A stretch of DNA of 64,000 bases, taken from positions 157,287 through 221,286 of the forward strand of contig JBGSXW010000002.1 of assembly GCA_041751215.1 (NCBI GenBank). Direction: 5' to 3'. Shown one piece after another: positions 38,634 to 47,925 of the stretch. The notes beneath the pieces are model-generated. The model did no database searches. It saw only the letters and a program-made list of their open reading frames with translations, and was not told the DNA's origin. This DNA is from Candidatus Saccharimonadales bacterium. Lineage in GTDB: Bacteria; Patescibacteriota; Saccharimonadia; Saccharimonadales; JBGSXW01. A program made the translations under genes and the position numbers. Positions within the stretch are counted from its first letter, which is position 1. Every line of letters begins with the position of its first letter.

Positions 38634-39995
38634 ATGGATGATAGGTGCGGTACAATAGTGCTAATGGATAAGGAAGACCTCAAAAATAAGGCTATCGAAG
38701 CTCTAAGGGCTAACGATCAAGGTGGCTGGACGCGCCCGGCGCCAGATCTGTATCCGCACCAATGGTTATGGGATTCCTGCTTTGTAGCTATGGGATTAGC
38801 ACACGTTGATGCTAAGCGAGCTAAAAAAGAGTTACTTTCATTGTTTCGCGGGCAATGGTCAAACGGCATGATCCCGCACATGATATTTGAGGGCAACGGT
38901 AGTCATCAACGACCGGAGTTCTGGGATTCTCGCGTTTCTCCGTACGCACCGCGCAAATTAGCAACTTCTGGCATAACCCAGCCGCCATTAATTGCCGAGG
39001 CTGTGCGCAAAGTCGGAGAGCAACTTAGTGCCCCCGAGCGCCGCTCGTTTTACAAGCAAGTTTACCCAAAACTATTAGCCCATCATCAATGGCTATACCG
39101 AGAACGAGACCCTCACGCCACAGGTTTAGTTTTGCTTATTCATCCCTGGGAAACCGGAATGGACAATACCCCGCCGTGGATGGAGGAAATGAAGCAAAAT
39201 CAAAAACCGCTATGGATCAAACTTACAGAAGCTCTGCGTTTAGACTCGGTAATAGAGCATTTGCGGCGCGATACAGCTCAAGTACCGGCCAACGAGCGCG
39301 TAACCACGCTTGAGTCGCTGCTTCTATACAGTATTGTGCGTCGTTTGCGACGAAAGCAGTACGACAGTCAACGAATTTTACTAAGATCGCACTTCTTAAT
39401 AGAGGACGTGTTTTTTAATTCGATCTTAGTGCGCGCAAACCACCACCTCAAAGCCATCGCCAAGGATATCAACCGCACAATTCCGGCCGCCACTCTTAGC
39501 CTAATGAACAAATCATCGCACGCGCTTAGTGAGCTCTGGGACGATGAAACCTCTCAATTTTACTCAAGAGAGTTTATCGGTCATCGACAGTTGCGGCAGC
39601 CGACAATTGCCACGTTTTTACCGCTTTACGCCGGAACCATCAGCCAAGAAAGGGCGGAAAAGCTAGTTCGTTTGCTAAAAGACGAGCACCAGTTTGGGCT
39701 AAAGTATCCCGTGCCAACAGTTCCACTTAGCTCACGCTTCTTTGACGAGCGCCGCTACTGGCAGGGGCCAACTTGGCTAAACACTAACTGGATGATCATC
39801 GATGGCCTGCGACGATACGGATTTCACGAAGAAGCCGAGCGCATAAAACAGGTGAGTCTTGAGTTGGTTGATAAATCTGGTTTTCATGAGTATTTTTCGC
39901 CCATTAGTGGTTTTGGGGCCGGTATAACGCCATTCTCTTGGACGGCTGCGCTGACGATTGAACTGTTATCTGAAAAGTCTCAAAAAAAGTCCTAG
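38634..39995 (+). CDS. (alpha/alpha)6-barrel glycoside hydrolase, GH63 / mannosylglycerate-glucosylglycerate hydrolase-like
   Basis: It has HQWLWDSCF, GPTWLNTNWMIIDGL and YFSPISGFGAGITPFSWTAAL, patterns typical of GH63/GH37-like barrels. The family assignment is approximate. Confidence 0.55.
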   Translation: MDDRCGTIVLMDKEDLKNKAIEALRANDQGGWTRPAPDLYPHQWLWDSCFVAMGLAHVDAKRAKKELLSLFRGQWSNGMIPHMIFEGNGSHQRPEFWDSRVSPYAPRKLATSGITQPPLIAEAVRKVGEQLSAPERRSFYKQVYPKLLAHHQWLYRERDPHATGLVLLIHPWETGMDNTPPWMEEMKQNQKPLWIKLTEALRLDSVIEHLRRDTAQVPANERVTTLESLLLYSIVRRLRRKQYDSQRILLRSHFLIEDVFFNSILVRANHHLKAIAKDINRTIPAATLSLMNKSSHALSELWDDETSQFYSREFIGHRQLRQPTIATFLPLYAGTISQERAEKLVRLLKDEHQFGLKYPVPTVPLSSRFFDERRYWQGPTWLNTNWMIIDGLRRYGFHEEAERIKQVSLELVDKSGFHEYFSPISGFGAGITPFSWTAALTIELLSEKSQKKS

Positions 39996-40098
39996 AAAAC
40001 ACTTGTCAGAACAGACATAAGCGTGTTATAAATTAAGTATTGCATGAGCTCGATAAATCGGGTGCAAAAATCAAAAACATATTAACAGGAGAAAAATA

Positions 40099-40362
40099 AT
40101 GAAAGCCTTGCGTTCATTTGGACAACGCTTGCGTGGCATTTCAGTGGCTGTACTCGCAGCTATGATGGGAGTCGGCAGTGTTGCTTCCGCTCAAGCCAGC
40201 AACTCTGAGTCATCTGGTCAACTCCAGGTAGACTTTTACGGCATGATGTCGCAACCCTTGTTGGGTTCGACAACTTTTGTAGCAATCGCATCTGTCGCTG
40301 CCCTAGCAGCAGTTGGTTTGCACCGCGCTGTCGTTAGCGAAGCCCGCCAAGAAGAAGCCTAA
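40099..40362 (+). CDS. Small exported protein (87 aa) with a Sec signal peptide and a C-terminal hydrophobic anchor
   Basis: It has an AGGAG RBS and a signal peptide ending in an ASA-QA site. A short mature region is followed by a C-terminal TM segment (TTFVAIASVAALAAVGL) and a charged tail. Confidence 0.45.
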   Translation: MKALRSFGQRLRGISVAVLAAMMGVGSVASAQASNSESSGQLQVDFYGMMSQPLLGSTTFVAIASVAALAAVGLHRAVVSEARQEEA

Positions 40363-40375
40363 GCTCTAGTAGCCT

Positions 40376-41533
40376 CTAGTACTTCTTGGCAGCTTGATTG
40401 CCTCTTTGCCATGTCACGATTGCGTCTTTAAATGGCTGGAAGTTATGAAACAACCGAAAGTCAGCCGCCCGCCTAAGCACCCAGGCGGGTTTTCCATGCA
40501 AGTCAAAAGAACCCCACTGCATCAAAGCTGTTGCCTTACCGGTTGGAATAACGTAAATAGGTCGTTTTGATTTATACAAAGTTCTCTTTTTGCCGTTGAT
40601 GCAGTTGATCACGTCGTTTACTACGTACTGGGCGTCGTGTAGAGCTGTTTGAGCCATTCCAGCATACTTCGTGTCTGCACAGTCGCCGATGGCATAAACG
40701 TCCTCTGCAGCTTGCAGGTGACGATCTACAACCACTCTTTGGGCTCGGCCTAGTTTAAAGTGTTTCTTGTTATCAATAAAAAACTGATTATTGCGCCAGC
40801 CAGCTGTCCAAACTGCTAAGTCTGAGTCGATGGTGCCCTTGTCTGTAATCGCAGCATCTGAGTTTAGACTAGTAAGTTTGGTGTTGAGATGGACTTTAAC
40901 TGAGAGTTCTTCAGCCCGCCTAAGTGCCCGCTTTGAGTTCCGGGCCGAAAGTAGTGGCAGAAGCCGATGCCCAGCCTCAATTAGATTCACCTCTGCAGCT
41001 GGCGGAGCAATGCCCTCGAGCTTAGCGATTTGCTCGATAAAGTGCTGCAGCTCGCAGGCTAGCTCGACTCCGCTCGCTCCCCCGCCAATTACTGTGAACT
41101 TCACGACTGGGTTCTTAGAATTGGCCACAACTTCTCGCAGTTTTTCTCTCAGTTTAATGGTGTTGCTGATCGTATCTAGCAAAAATGCATGGTCCCAAAT
41201 CCCGGGAATGTCGAAATCCGTCATGGCCTGGCCAAGTGCAAAAATCAAGGTGTCGTAGTGATAGCTGTGTTCATCGCTTGAGATTGTTTTTTTGACTGGG
41301 TTAATGCTGTTAATCTCGTCGTGAACCAACTCAACCCCGGTATTTTTAAACATATCGCGCAGCGGAATAACTACCTCAAGCGGTGATCGCCCAACTGCCG
41401 ATCTATAAAGTGCTGAGTGGTATTCAAAGCTTGTTCTGCTCGATATCAACACCACCTCAAAATCAGTGCGCTCATCGAGTTCTAGCGCGGCCTTGATCCC
41501 ACCAAATCCGCCGCCGACGATAACTACTTTCAT
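40376..41533 (-). CDS. ndh: Type II NADH:quinone oxidoreductase (NDH-2)
   Basis: It has two FAD/NAD Rossmann motifs (MKVVIVGGGFGG; KFTVIGGGASGVELA). Confidence 0.85.
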   Translation of the reverse strand: MKVVIVGGGFGGIKAALELDERTDFEVVLISSRTSFEYHSALYRSAVGRSPLEVVIPLRDMFKNTGVELVHDEINSINPVKKTISSDEHSYHYDTLIFALGQAMTDFDIPGIWDHAFLLDTISNTIKLREKLREVVANSKNPVVKFTVIGGGASGVELACELQHFIEQIAKLEGIAPPAAEVNLIEAGHRLLPLLSARNSKRALRRAEELSVKVHLNTKLTSLNSDAAITDKGTIDSDLAVWTAGWRNNQFFIDNKKHFKLGRAQRVVVDRHLQAAEDVYAIGDCADTKYAGMAQTALHDAQYVVNDVINCINGKKRTLYKSKRPIYVIPTGKATALMQWGSFDLHGKPAWVLRRAADFRLFHNFQPFKDAIVTWQRGNQAAKKY

Positions 41534-41535
41534 TA

Positions 41536-43230
41536 CTAAAAGCTATCCCGAATGTGATGGTGACTAAATGACCATTTGGCGTCAGTTTTCTTGTGAGGAT
41601 TAAAGATGTTCTCTGGATCAAAAATTTCTTTGGTTTGCTTAAAGTAGTTAAAGACTTTCTCGCCGTACATGTCCTTCAAAAACGGACCACGAATTAGGCC
41701 ATCGTTATGCTCGCCCGACATCGAGCCGTCATATTTTTTAAGCAAAGTTATTAGCTCTTTAAGACACGGTTCTATCTTGGCTCGTTCTTTAGGGTCTTCG
41801 AGCTCCATAAGTGGAATAATATGAAAGTTTCCGTCTCCAAGGTGGCCAGCGATGGTTTCCATTAGGTCATACTTCTTAATGATCTTCTGTAGTTTCGGCA
41901 AGAATTCCTCGAGGTGCTCGGGTGGAACAACCAAGTCATCTATAAACGGCGCGGTGTGGCGCTTTCCCACGTTCTTACGAAGCAAAGCAAAGCTCTTGCG
42001 GCGCATTAACCAAAAACGCTCCTGAGCCGCATCATCATGAGCTAATTCAATAGTTAAGTGAGGATGGTGCTTCTTTAGCTCTGCTTGCAGATCATGTAGC
42101 TGCTTCTCGGTTTCGGCGTGAGTTTTGGCTTCAAATACCGCTAAAAAAATCAACTTAGGTATGCCGTGGCGGACCAAGATCAAAGCATCAGGGATCAGCC
42201 GAAAGCAAAGCTTAATAAAGCCCCAAGTTCCGAGCATGGCTCTAAATTTTAAGAAGAACTTAAACACAAACTTGATGGTCTTGTCGTCAAACGCCTCAAT
42301 ACTTGTCGGGCTGTGTGCCAGCGTTCGATTCACGATGCTCGCCAGGCCGTTTAGGTCCGGCATGTAGGCAATAAGCATTCCAGATTGTGGCATCTTATCG
42401 ACTAGCTCAAACTCCACCTCGGTAACCAGTCCGAGCGTTCCCTGAGAGCCAACAAATAACTGTGTCATGTCAAAAATCTCGGTCTCTTTGTTCCAAACAT
42501 TCCACAAGTTGTAGCCAGTTGAGTTTTTGCTCACCGGAGGTTTGGCGCGCAAAATTGCCTCGTAGTTATCATTTATTAGTTTGTAAACGTGCCGATAAAG
42601 CTCGCCCTCAAAAGATTTAAGCTGAGTTTTTTTAGCTAACTCTTCTTTGCTAAGCGGCTTAAATTCGTATTCGTTGCCATCGCTTAAAACTGCTTTTACT
42701 CGTTTGACGTAGCGTTCGGTCTTGCCGTACTTAAGCGAAAGCTCGCCCCCGGCGTTATTTGCAACCATTCCACCAATTGCAGCTAAATCGCGCGAGGCGG
42801 GATAAGAGGGCATTAACTTACCCCACCTAAGCGTACGTTTTTCGAACTTACGGTATAGCATCCCAGGCTCCACGCTGACTCGGTTACTTCTAAGTGAGCC
42901 CATATCCGTAAAATGCTTAGTAAAATCAAGAATTATCGAGTCGTTAATTGCTCCGCCCGACATGCAACTCCCAGCGCTCCGGGCTGTGATCGAGAGTTCC
43001 GGCTGTTGTTTCTTATGTTCAGATACGTACTTAACCAACTTCTTGATTTCGTTGGTGTTTTTTGGATACACCACAGCCGTTGGCACCACCTCAAACAGAC
43101 TGGTGTCGTGACTATACTTTTTTAGCGTGCGCTTATCGCTTCGCACACCGCCAGAAATAATTTGCTTGAGGTCATCAATCATATTTGTATATCGGATTTG
43201 TTTCCGCTTATGCCTAGTGTACCGAGGCAA
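41536..43230 (-). CDS. FAD-linked oxidase (D-lactate dehydrogenase/GlcD-like). The likely start is near 43182.
   Basis: It has an FAD_binding_4 domain (ARSAGSCMSGGAINDSIILDF) and a C-terminal FAD-oxidase domain. Confidence 0.75.
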   Translation of the reverse strand: MPRYTRHKRKQIRYTNMIDDLKQIISGGVRSDKRTLKKYSHDTSLFEVVPTAVVYPKNTNEIKKLVKYVSEHKKQQPELSITARSAGSCMSGGAINDSIILDFTKHFTDMGSLRSNRVSVEPGMLYRKFEKRTLRWGKLMPSYPASRDLAAIGGMVANNAGGELSLKYGKTERYVKRVKAVLSDGNEYEFKPLSKEELAKKTQLKSFEGELYRHVYKLINDNYEAILRAKPPVSKNSTGYNLWNVWNKETEIFDMTQLFVGSQGTLGLVTEVEFELVDKMPQSGMLIAYMPDLNGLASIVNRTLAHSPTSIEAFDDKTIKFVFKFFLKFRAMLGTWGFIKLCFRLIPDALILVRHGIPKLIFLAVFEAKTHAETEKQLHDLQAELKKHHPHLTIELAHDDAAQERFWLMRRKSFALLRKNVGKRHTAPFIDDLVVPPEHLEEFLPKLQKIIKKYDLMETIAGHLGDGNFHIIPLMELEDPKERAKIEPCLKELITLLKKYDGSMSGEHNDGLIRGPFLKDMYGEKVFNYFKQTKEIFDPENIFNPHKKTDAKWSFSHHHIRDSF

Positions 43231-43265
43231 ACCCAGATCGACAAGCCAGTGGGCTCAATCTGAGG

Positions 43266-44333
43266 TTATTCGTCTGAGTTTGGTTTTTCAAACAGCGGTG
43301 GGTCAAGCACAGTTTCGCCGCCGCCAATTCTTACGATGTCTTTATCGATCTTACCTAGTTCCTTGCTGGCGCTGTTGTAATGACCAACGGTGGTACCAAG
43401 CGAATTCCCCACCTTTGTGAAGTAGGCCGAGTAAGCAATCAAGTGTTTTTGCAGTTGTTCGATGTTCTTGCGTATTACTTCGGTATCTTTTTGAATCTCC
43501 ATGCTTTTTAAGCCCTGAGAAATAATCTGCAACATGGCCGAGAGTGTACTTGGACCAACGATGGTTACTCGTTTATCAACGGCCGCGTATTGCATAAGGT
43601 CGCGTCCGTTTACGCCGCTATCCCCGACTTTGTTGGCCAGCAAGTCATAGTAGATAGCTTCGCTCGGAATAAACATTAGTGCTTGGTCGAGTGTGCCTTT
43701 CTTGGGCTGAATGTACTTAGAGGTTTCGTCGATGCGCCGTTTTAGGTCTTCTTTGAAGGTCTTCTCGAGCTGCGGTCGTTGATCGGACTTTGCTTCTACT
43801 AATCGGTTGTAGTTTTCTAGGCTAAACTTGGAGTCGATTGGCAGAATCTTGTCATCGAGCAAAATTGCCGCATCAACTACTAGCCCTTCGCCGAGTTTGT
43901 GTTGAAGTTTAAACGAGCCGGGTGGCAAAACGTTTTCTAGAATTTGCTTAAGATAAAACTCGCCTAGAACTCCACGCTGCTTGGGGTTTTGGAGCACGTT
44001 TTGGAGGCTTTTAAGCTCACCGGCAATATCACCAACTTGTTGGTTGGTTTTATCTAGCTCGGCCAGCTTAGTTGTAACCTCTCTAATAATCTTTGCGCTG
44101 GCTTGATACTGACGCGCCATCTGTTCGTTGCTCTTATCGAGCCTGTCGGTTAGATGGTCTTTCAGGTGGTCGCTCAGACGTGCAACGTCATCGCTAACCT
44201 TGGTAATGTCTTGCTTAATTAATCCGGCGGCGGACTCGTCTTTAAGCTCACGAAGTTTTTGGCTTAGGTAGTAAATAACTGCGCCAAACCCTAACACCAT
44301 AACTACGAGAATTCCCACGCTAAATGAATCCAT
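43266..44333 (-). CDS. rmuC: DNA recombination protein RmuC
   Basis: It has an N-terminal TM helix, a long coiled-coil and a C-terminal RmuC nuclease-like domain (MFIPSEAIYYDL). Confidence 0.8.
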   Translation of the reverse strand: MDSFSVGILVVMVLGFGAVIYYLSQKLRELKDESAAGLIKQDITKVSDDVARLSDHLKDHLTDRLDKSNEQMARQYQASAKIIREVTTKLAELDKTNQQVGDIAGELKSLQNVLQNPKQRGVLGEFYLKQILENVLPPGSFKLQHKLGEGLVVDAAILLDDKILPIDSKFSLENYNRLVEAKSDQRPQLEKTFKEDLKRRIDETSKYIQPKKGTLDQALMFIPSEAIYYDLLANKVGDSGVNGRDLMQYAAVDKRVTIVGPSTLSAMLQIISQGLKSMEIQKDTEVIRKNIEQLQKHLIAYSAYFTKVGNSLGTTVGHYNSASKELGKIDKDIVRIGGGETVLDPPLFEKPNSDE

Positions 44334-44338
44334 GAGGG

Positions 44339-44779
44339 TTACTTCTTCCTTTTCTCTAAGCGTTGAAGTGGAGTATCGTTTTGGATTTTGCTCTGAGCCT
44401 CGTACATTCTGGTCTCTACGTAACGAGCAAACTGCAGGGTTCGTTGCTTGCGAATACGCTTGAATTTAAAGTTCTTAGCCCTTGTAAAGATTGTGACTCT
44501 ACCCCAAATCATACTGACGTCAAACTCAACTGCTGCAATCATGCTGTAAGGAATGTCATCCACTAGCAAATCAAAAAACTTTTTATCGACAAACAGTAGG
44601 CGTCGATCGGTAGCAAGTAACATCCCAAAACCGCCGGCATAGGTACCGGCAATAAACTCTTTGATAACTTCATCGCGCATCAAGATATCGGGCAAGTGTC
44701 TGATCTCGGCCTTTTGCATGATGGCCGGAGAAGCGCCGAGGTTCCTAAGCTGTAGTCTCACTGATTCTTGGGTTGCCAT
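44339..44779 (-). CDS. Bacterial PH-domain (bPH_2/DUF304-like) protein
   Basis: It is 146 aa. The pattern RRLLFVDKKFFDLLVDDIPYSMIAAVEF is typical of YdbT-like bPH domains. Confidence 0.55.
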   Translation of the reverse strand: MATQESVRLQLRNLGASPAIMQKAEIRHLPDILMRDEVIKEFIAGTYAGGFGMLLATDRRLLFVDKKFFDLLVDDIPYSMIAAVEFDVSMIWGRVTIFTRAKNFKFKRIRKQRTLQFARYVETRMYEAQSKIQNDTPLQRLEKRKK

Positions 44780-44847
44780 GGCTTACTTTCACCTATACTT
44801 TGTTATGCTTTATATTAGCATAGCAACCGATCTTAAAGGGGGAGCCG

Positions 44848-45300
44848 ATGAACGACGACGCACAAACAAGAGCCTACGCATTCTTAAAAGAACACGACCT
44901 AGCGGTCATCGCCACCGTCTCGGAAAAGGGCGATCCTTTAGCCTCGGCCGTTTATTACTGGCTGGACGAGGACTACTCGTTTTACTTTTTAACCAAGTCT
45001 AAGACTCGTAAGTTCCAAAATATTGAAGACACCGGCAAACTCGCCGTTGTTGTATCCGATGAAGCCAAACTAACTACCGTTCAGGGTGAGGGCAAGGCAG
45101 AAGTCGTTAAAGACCCCTCCACTCAAGCTGAGATCATGAACCACCTAGCAACGATTAAAAGCACGCAAGATAAGGCTTGGTTCCCGCCGATTGCTCAGAT
45201 CGAAGCCGGTAGTTTTGTAGTGGTTAAATGCAAAGTCGACCACCTGCAGCTCAGCGAGTTTAATCATGGCAAGCCTAGCGTTAACGAGGTTGTTTCTTAG
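44848..45300 (+). CDS. Pyridoxamine 5'-phosphate oxidase-like FMN-binding split-barrel protein
   Basis: It is 150 aa with AFLKEHDLAVIATVSEKGDPLASAVYY, the PNPOx-like fold signature. Confidence 0.65.
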   Translation: MNDDAQTRAYAFLKEHDLAVIATVSEKGDPLASAVYYWLDEDYSFYFLTKSKTRKFQNIEDTGKLAVVVSDEAKLTTVQGEGKAEVVKDPSTQAEIMNHLATIKSTQDKAWFPPIAQIEAGSFVVVKCKVDHLQLSEFNHGKPSVNEVVS

Positions 45301-45913
45301 CTAGATCAAGTAGTTGGGTTGGCTTCTCTATTACTGTGTCTGGGTTGCTGCGCGACAGTAGTGCCACGTTGTTAAGTCCCCAGGTAACGGAGGCAACCTT
45401 TAGGCCAGCAGCATGGGCGGCTTCAATGTCGCGGACTTCGTCGCCTACATAAATTGTCTGCTCGCGGTCTAGTTTGTGCTTACGGACGCTCGACTTAAGA
45501 CGCCGACTTTTACCAAAGATCCCAGCACCAGTGTCGACAAACTCAAAAGCATCTTCTAGTTTATGTGCTTGCAAAAAGGTCATCACGCTCTCGCGCGAGC
45601 TAGAGGACACAATTCCCAGGGGAATGTCTTGTTTGTGCAGAGTTTTTATAACATCTACCATGCCTGGAATCGGTTTTACGTGTTTAGCACGCTTGGTTAA
45701 ACGACCGCGGCCTTTAATTGCTAGCTGCGGCAAAAGCCTCGTGGGGACATTTACGTACTTAACCATCTCCGGAATTGTCATGCCCTGAAGTTTTTTTACG
45801 TCTTTTTCGGTAAGGGTTGGCAGTCCTAGCTCGCTCAAGAGCTCGTTGCCAATCTCAACAACCAAATCCAACGTGTCGGCGATAGTTCCGTCAAAATCAA
45901 AAATATAAGTCAT
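45281..45913 (-). CDS. HAD-superfamily hydrolase (phosphoglycolate phosphatase-like)
   Basis: It has MTYIFDFDGTIADT (motif I DxDGT), motif II S/T and C-terminal GDxxxD. Confidence 0.8.
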   Translation of the reverse strand: MTYIFDFDGTIADTLDLVVEIGNELLSELGLPTLTEKDVKKLQGMTIPEMVKYVNVPTRLLPQLAIKGRGRLTKRAKHVKPIPGMVDVIKTLHKQDIPLGIVSSSSRESVMTFLQAHKLEDAFEFVDTGAGIFGKSRRLKSSVRKHKLDREQTIYVGDEVRDIEAAHAAGLKVASVTWGLNNVALLSRSNPDTVIEKPTQLLDLAKKQPR

Positions 45914-46027
45914 CTATACCTCTATAGTACACAATGCCCTACTAGATAACCAAGTATCGAAATGCCCAATTATTGGCAGCCTCTGCGCGCATTAGTTTAA
46001 GCATCTGCGTTATAATGGAGTTTAAGT

Positions 46028-46657
46028 ATGATTGAGCAAACACGTAACACGGTTCGGCGCGGCATGCATCAAATTGCAAAGCTGCTTAACTCATTGACTG
46101 GCGGGCGCCTGCATCCTAACACCGTGACCATCACTGGTTTGTTGCTGCATTTTGTGGTGGCCTGGGCAATCGTTAACGGCGACTACGTTTTAGCGGGCTT
46201 GATGCTGGCAGTTTTTGGGTTGCTGGATGCGCTAGACGGCGAGCTGGCGCGGCTGCAAAACCGAGCAAATCCTGGTGGAATGCTGCTCGATGCTACAACC
46301 GACCGCGCCAAAGAAATCATCATTTACGCCGCTCTGGCCTATGTCTTAGTCGACGCCGAGGGAGCAATCGGAGCAGTTTGGGCCATCATGGCGCTGGGTG
46401 GCTCTTTCCTGGTTAGCTACTCTAAGGCTAAAGGCGAGACTGCGCTCTCCGGAGAATCTGGAAGATCCAAGCTAAGCCCCAACGAGGCTAATCGCGTATT
46501 CCAAGATGGCCTAATGCGGTTCGAGGTTAGGATGCTGGTCTTAGTTGTTGGCCTGCTCAGCGGATTCTTGCTAGAGGCTACCATGGTTGTTGCAATCCTT
46601 AGCTGGCCGACTGCGGTTTGGCGAGTCGCCACCATAAGCGCTAAACTATCATCATGA
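46028..46657 (+). CDS. CDP-alcohol phosphatidyltransferase family membrane protein
   Basis: It has DALDGELARL... G... D... D, the CDP-OH_P_transferase signature. It is 209 aa with multiple TM helices. Confidence 0.75.
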   Translation: MIEQTRNTVRRGMHQIAKLLNSLTGGRLHPNTVTITGLLLHFVVAWAIVNGDYVLAGLMLAVFGLLDALDGELARLQNRANPGGMLLDATTDRAKEIIIYAALAYVLVDAEGAIGAVWAIMALGGSFLVSYSKAKGETALSGESGRSKLSPNEANRVFQDGLMRFEVRMLVLVVGLLSGFLLEATMVVAILSWPTAVWRVATISAKLSS

Positions 46658-47361
46658 TCAAGATCGATCTGCATGTGCACAGTATTGCGTCTAAAGACGG
46701 TTCGCTAACTGAGCCGCACTTTCGACGCTTTTTTGATCAACGCCTACTCGACGTTATTGCTATTACTGATCACAACCGAATCGATTATGCCCAGCGCATG
46801 GCCGCTATTTTTGGGCAACACATTATTGTTGGCGAGGAAATCCAGACCTCCGAGGGCGAGATTATCGGCCTTTACCTGCGCGAAGCTATAGCACCAGGGC
46901 AAGACTTAAAGTCCACAATTGCAGCCATCAAGCAGCAAGGTGGCATTGTCTATGTGCCACATCCGTTTGTGGGGCGACGTCACAGCTTAAACCGCGCCAG
47001 CATCGAAGCCAACTTGAGCGATATCGACATCATAGAGGTTCACAACGGCCGCAGCATCAATAAATTGCCGAGCGAGGCCGTTGAGCTGGCCGGTACTTAC
47101 GAAAAAGCCGAGTCAGCCAGTAGCGACGCTCACAATCTTAGCGGCCTGGGTTTAACCTATAACCGCGCTAGTGACTGGCCCAACCCGCAAACGTTAGTTA
47201 GCATTATCGACCAAGCTCACTTTGAGTACGCCAAGCCACCGCTTAAAGCAGTCTTAGGTCCAAAATATAACCGCGTTATGCATGCCTTAGGTTTGCAAAA
47301 AGTTTCTGCCGATCCTGCTAATCCTTCCGATCAGAATCCACCGGAGGCGCCGAGTGCATGA
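46654..47361 (+). CDS. PHP-domain metal-dependent phosphoesterase
   Basis: MIKIDLHVHSIASKDGS is PHP motif I. There are further His/Asp motifs (VPHPF; EVHNGR). Its start overlaps the upstream stop by 4 nt. Confidence 0.75.
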   Translation: MIKIDLHVHSIASKDGSLTEPHFRRFFDQRLLDVIAITDHNRIDYAQRMAAIFGQHIIVGEEIQTSEGEIIGLYLREAIAPGQDLKSTIAAIKQQGGIVYVPHPFVGRRHSLNRASIEANLSDIDIIEVHNGRSINKLPSEAVELAGTYEKAESASSDAHNLSGLGLTYNRASDWPNPQTLVSIIDQAHFEYAKPPLKAVLGPKYNRVMHALGLQKVSADPANPSDQNPPEAPSA

Positions 47362-47896
47362 TCTACTAGGAGCCGTGTGGTTTTTTTTGCCAGCCATTGT
47401 AGCTAACATGGTGCCGGTTTTAAGCAACGCAGTTCCGGGAATCAAAGACTGGGACGCACCGATGGATTTTGGCAAAAAGTGGCATGGGCAGCGCATTCTT
47501 GGCAACAACAAGCGTTGGCGAGGCTTGCTAACTGGAGTTTTTGCGGCCGCTCTTACCGGCGTCTTGCAACTGTGGCTGTATCAAGAATCGGGCTTTGTTA
47601 GGGATTTTGCATTCTTAGACTACAACACCATCAATGTTGTAGCGCTGGGGATCTTGCTCGGTTTTGGTGCCTTAATTGGTGATGCAGCCGAGAGCTTCTT
47701 TAAGCGCCAGCGCGGCATCAAATCCGGCGAAGCCTGGATGCCATTTGATCAAATCGATTGGATAATCGGCGGCCTGTTGTTTAGCTTGCTGATGGTTTCT
47801 TTAAGCCTCTGGCAATATCTACTGGTGTTCCTCCTCGCCTTTTTGATTCACCCAGTCGGTAGCTTTATTGGGCATTCGTTGAAGCTCAAGGATTAG
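47354..47896 (+). CDS. CarS-family (CDP-archaeol synthase-like, DUF46) CTP:lipid/alcohol cytidylyltransferase
   Basis: It has DFGKKWHGQRILGNNKRWRG and IGDAAESFFKRQRG. From memory these match the archaeal CarS/CdsA-type signatures. It is 180 aa with about 5 TM helices. Its start overlaps the PHP gene by 8 nt. Confidence 0.7.
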   Translation: MHDLLGAVWFFLPAIVANMVPVLSNAVPGIKDWDAPMDFGKKWHGQRILGNNKRWRGLLTGVFAAALTGVLQLWLYQESGFVRDFAFLDYNTINVVALGILLGFGALIGDAAESFFKRQRGIKSGEAWMPFDQIDWIIGGLLFSLLMVSLSLWQYLLVFLLAFLIHPVGSFIGHSLKLKD

Positions 47897-47925
47897 TGCC
47901 CTGAACAGGGCCGCAAAAGGCTCAA

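Noticed and set aside
46011-46016. Perfect TATAAT hexamer upstream of the CDP-alcohol phosphatidyltransferase gene as its -10 promoter element
   Set aside because: It sits only 11 nt before the ATG and a transcript starting after it would exclude the GGAG RBS at 46017-46020. No convincing -35 lies at 17±1 bp. I left it uncalled.
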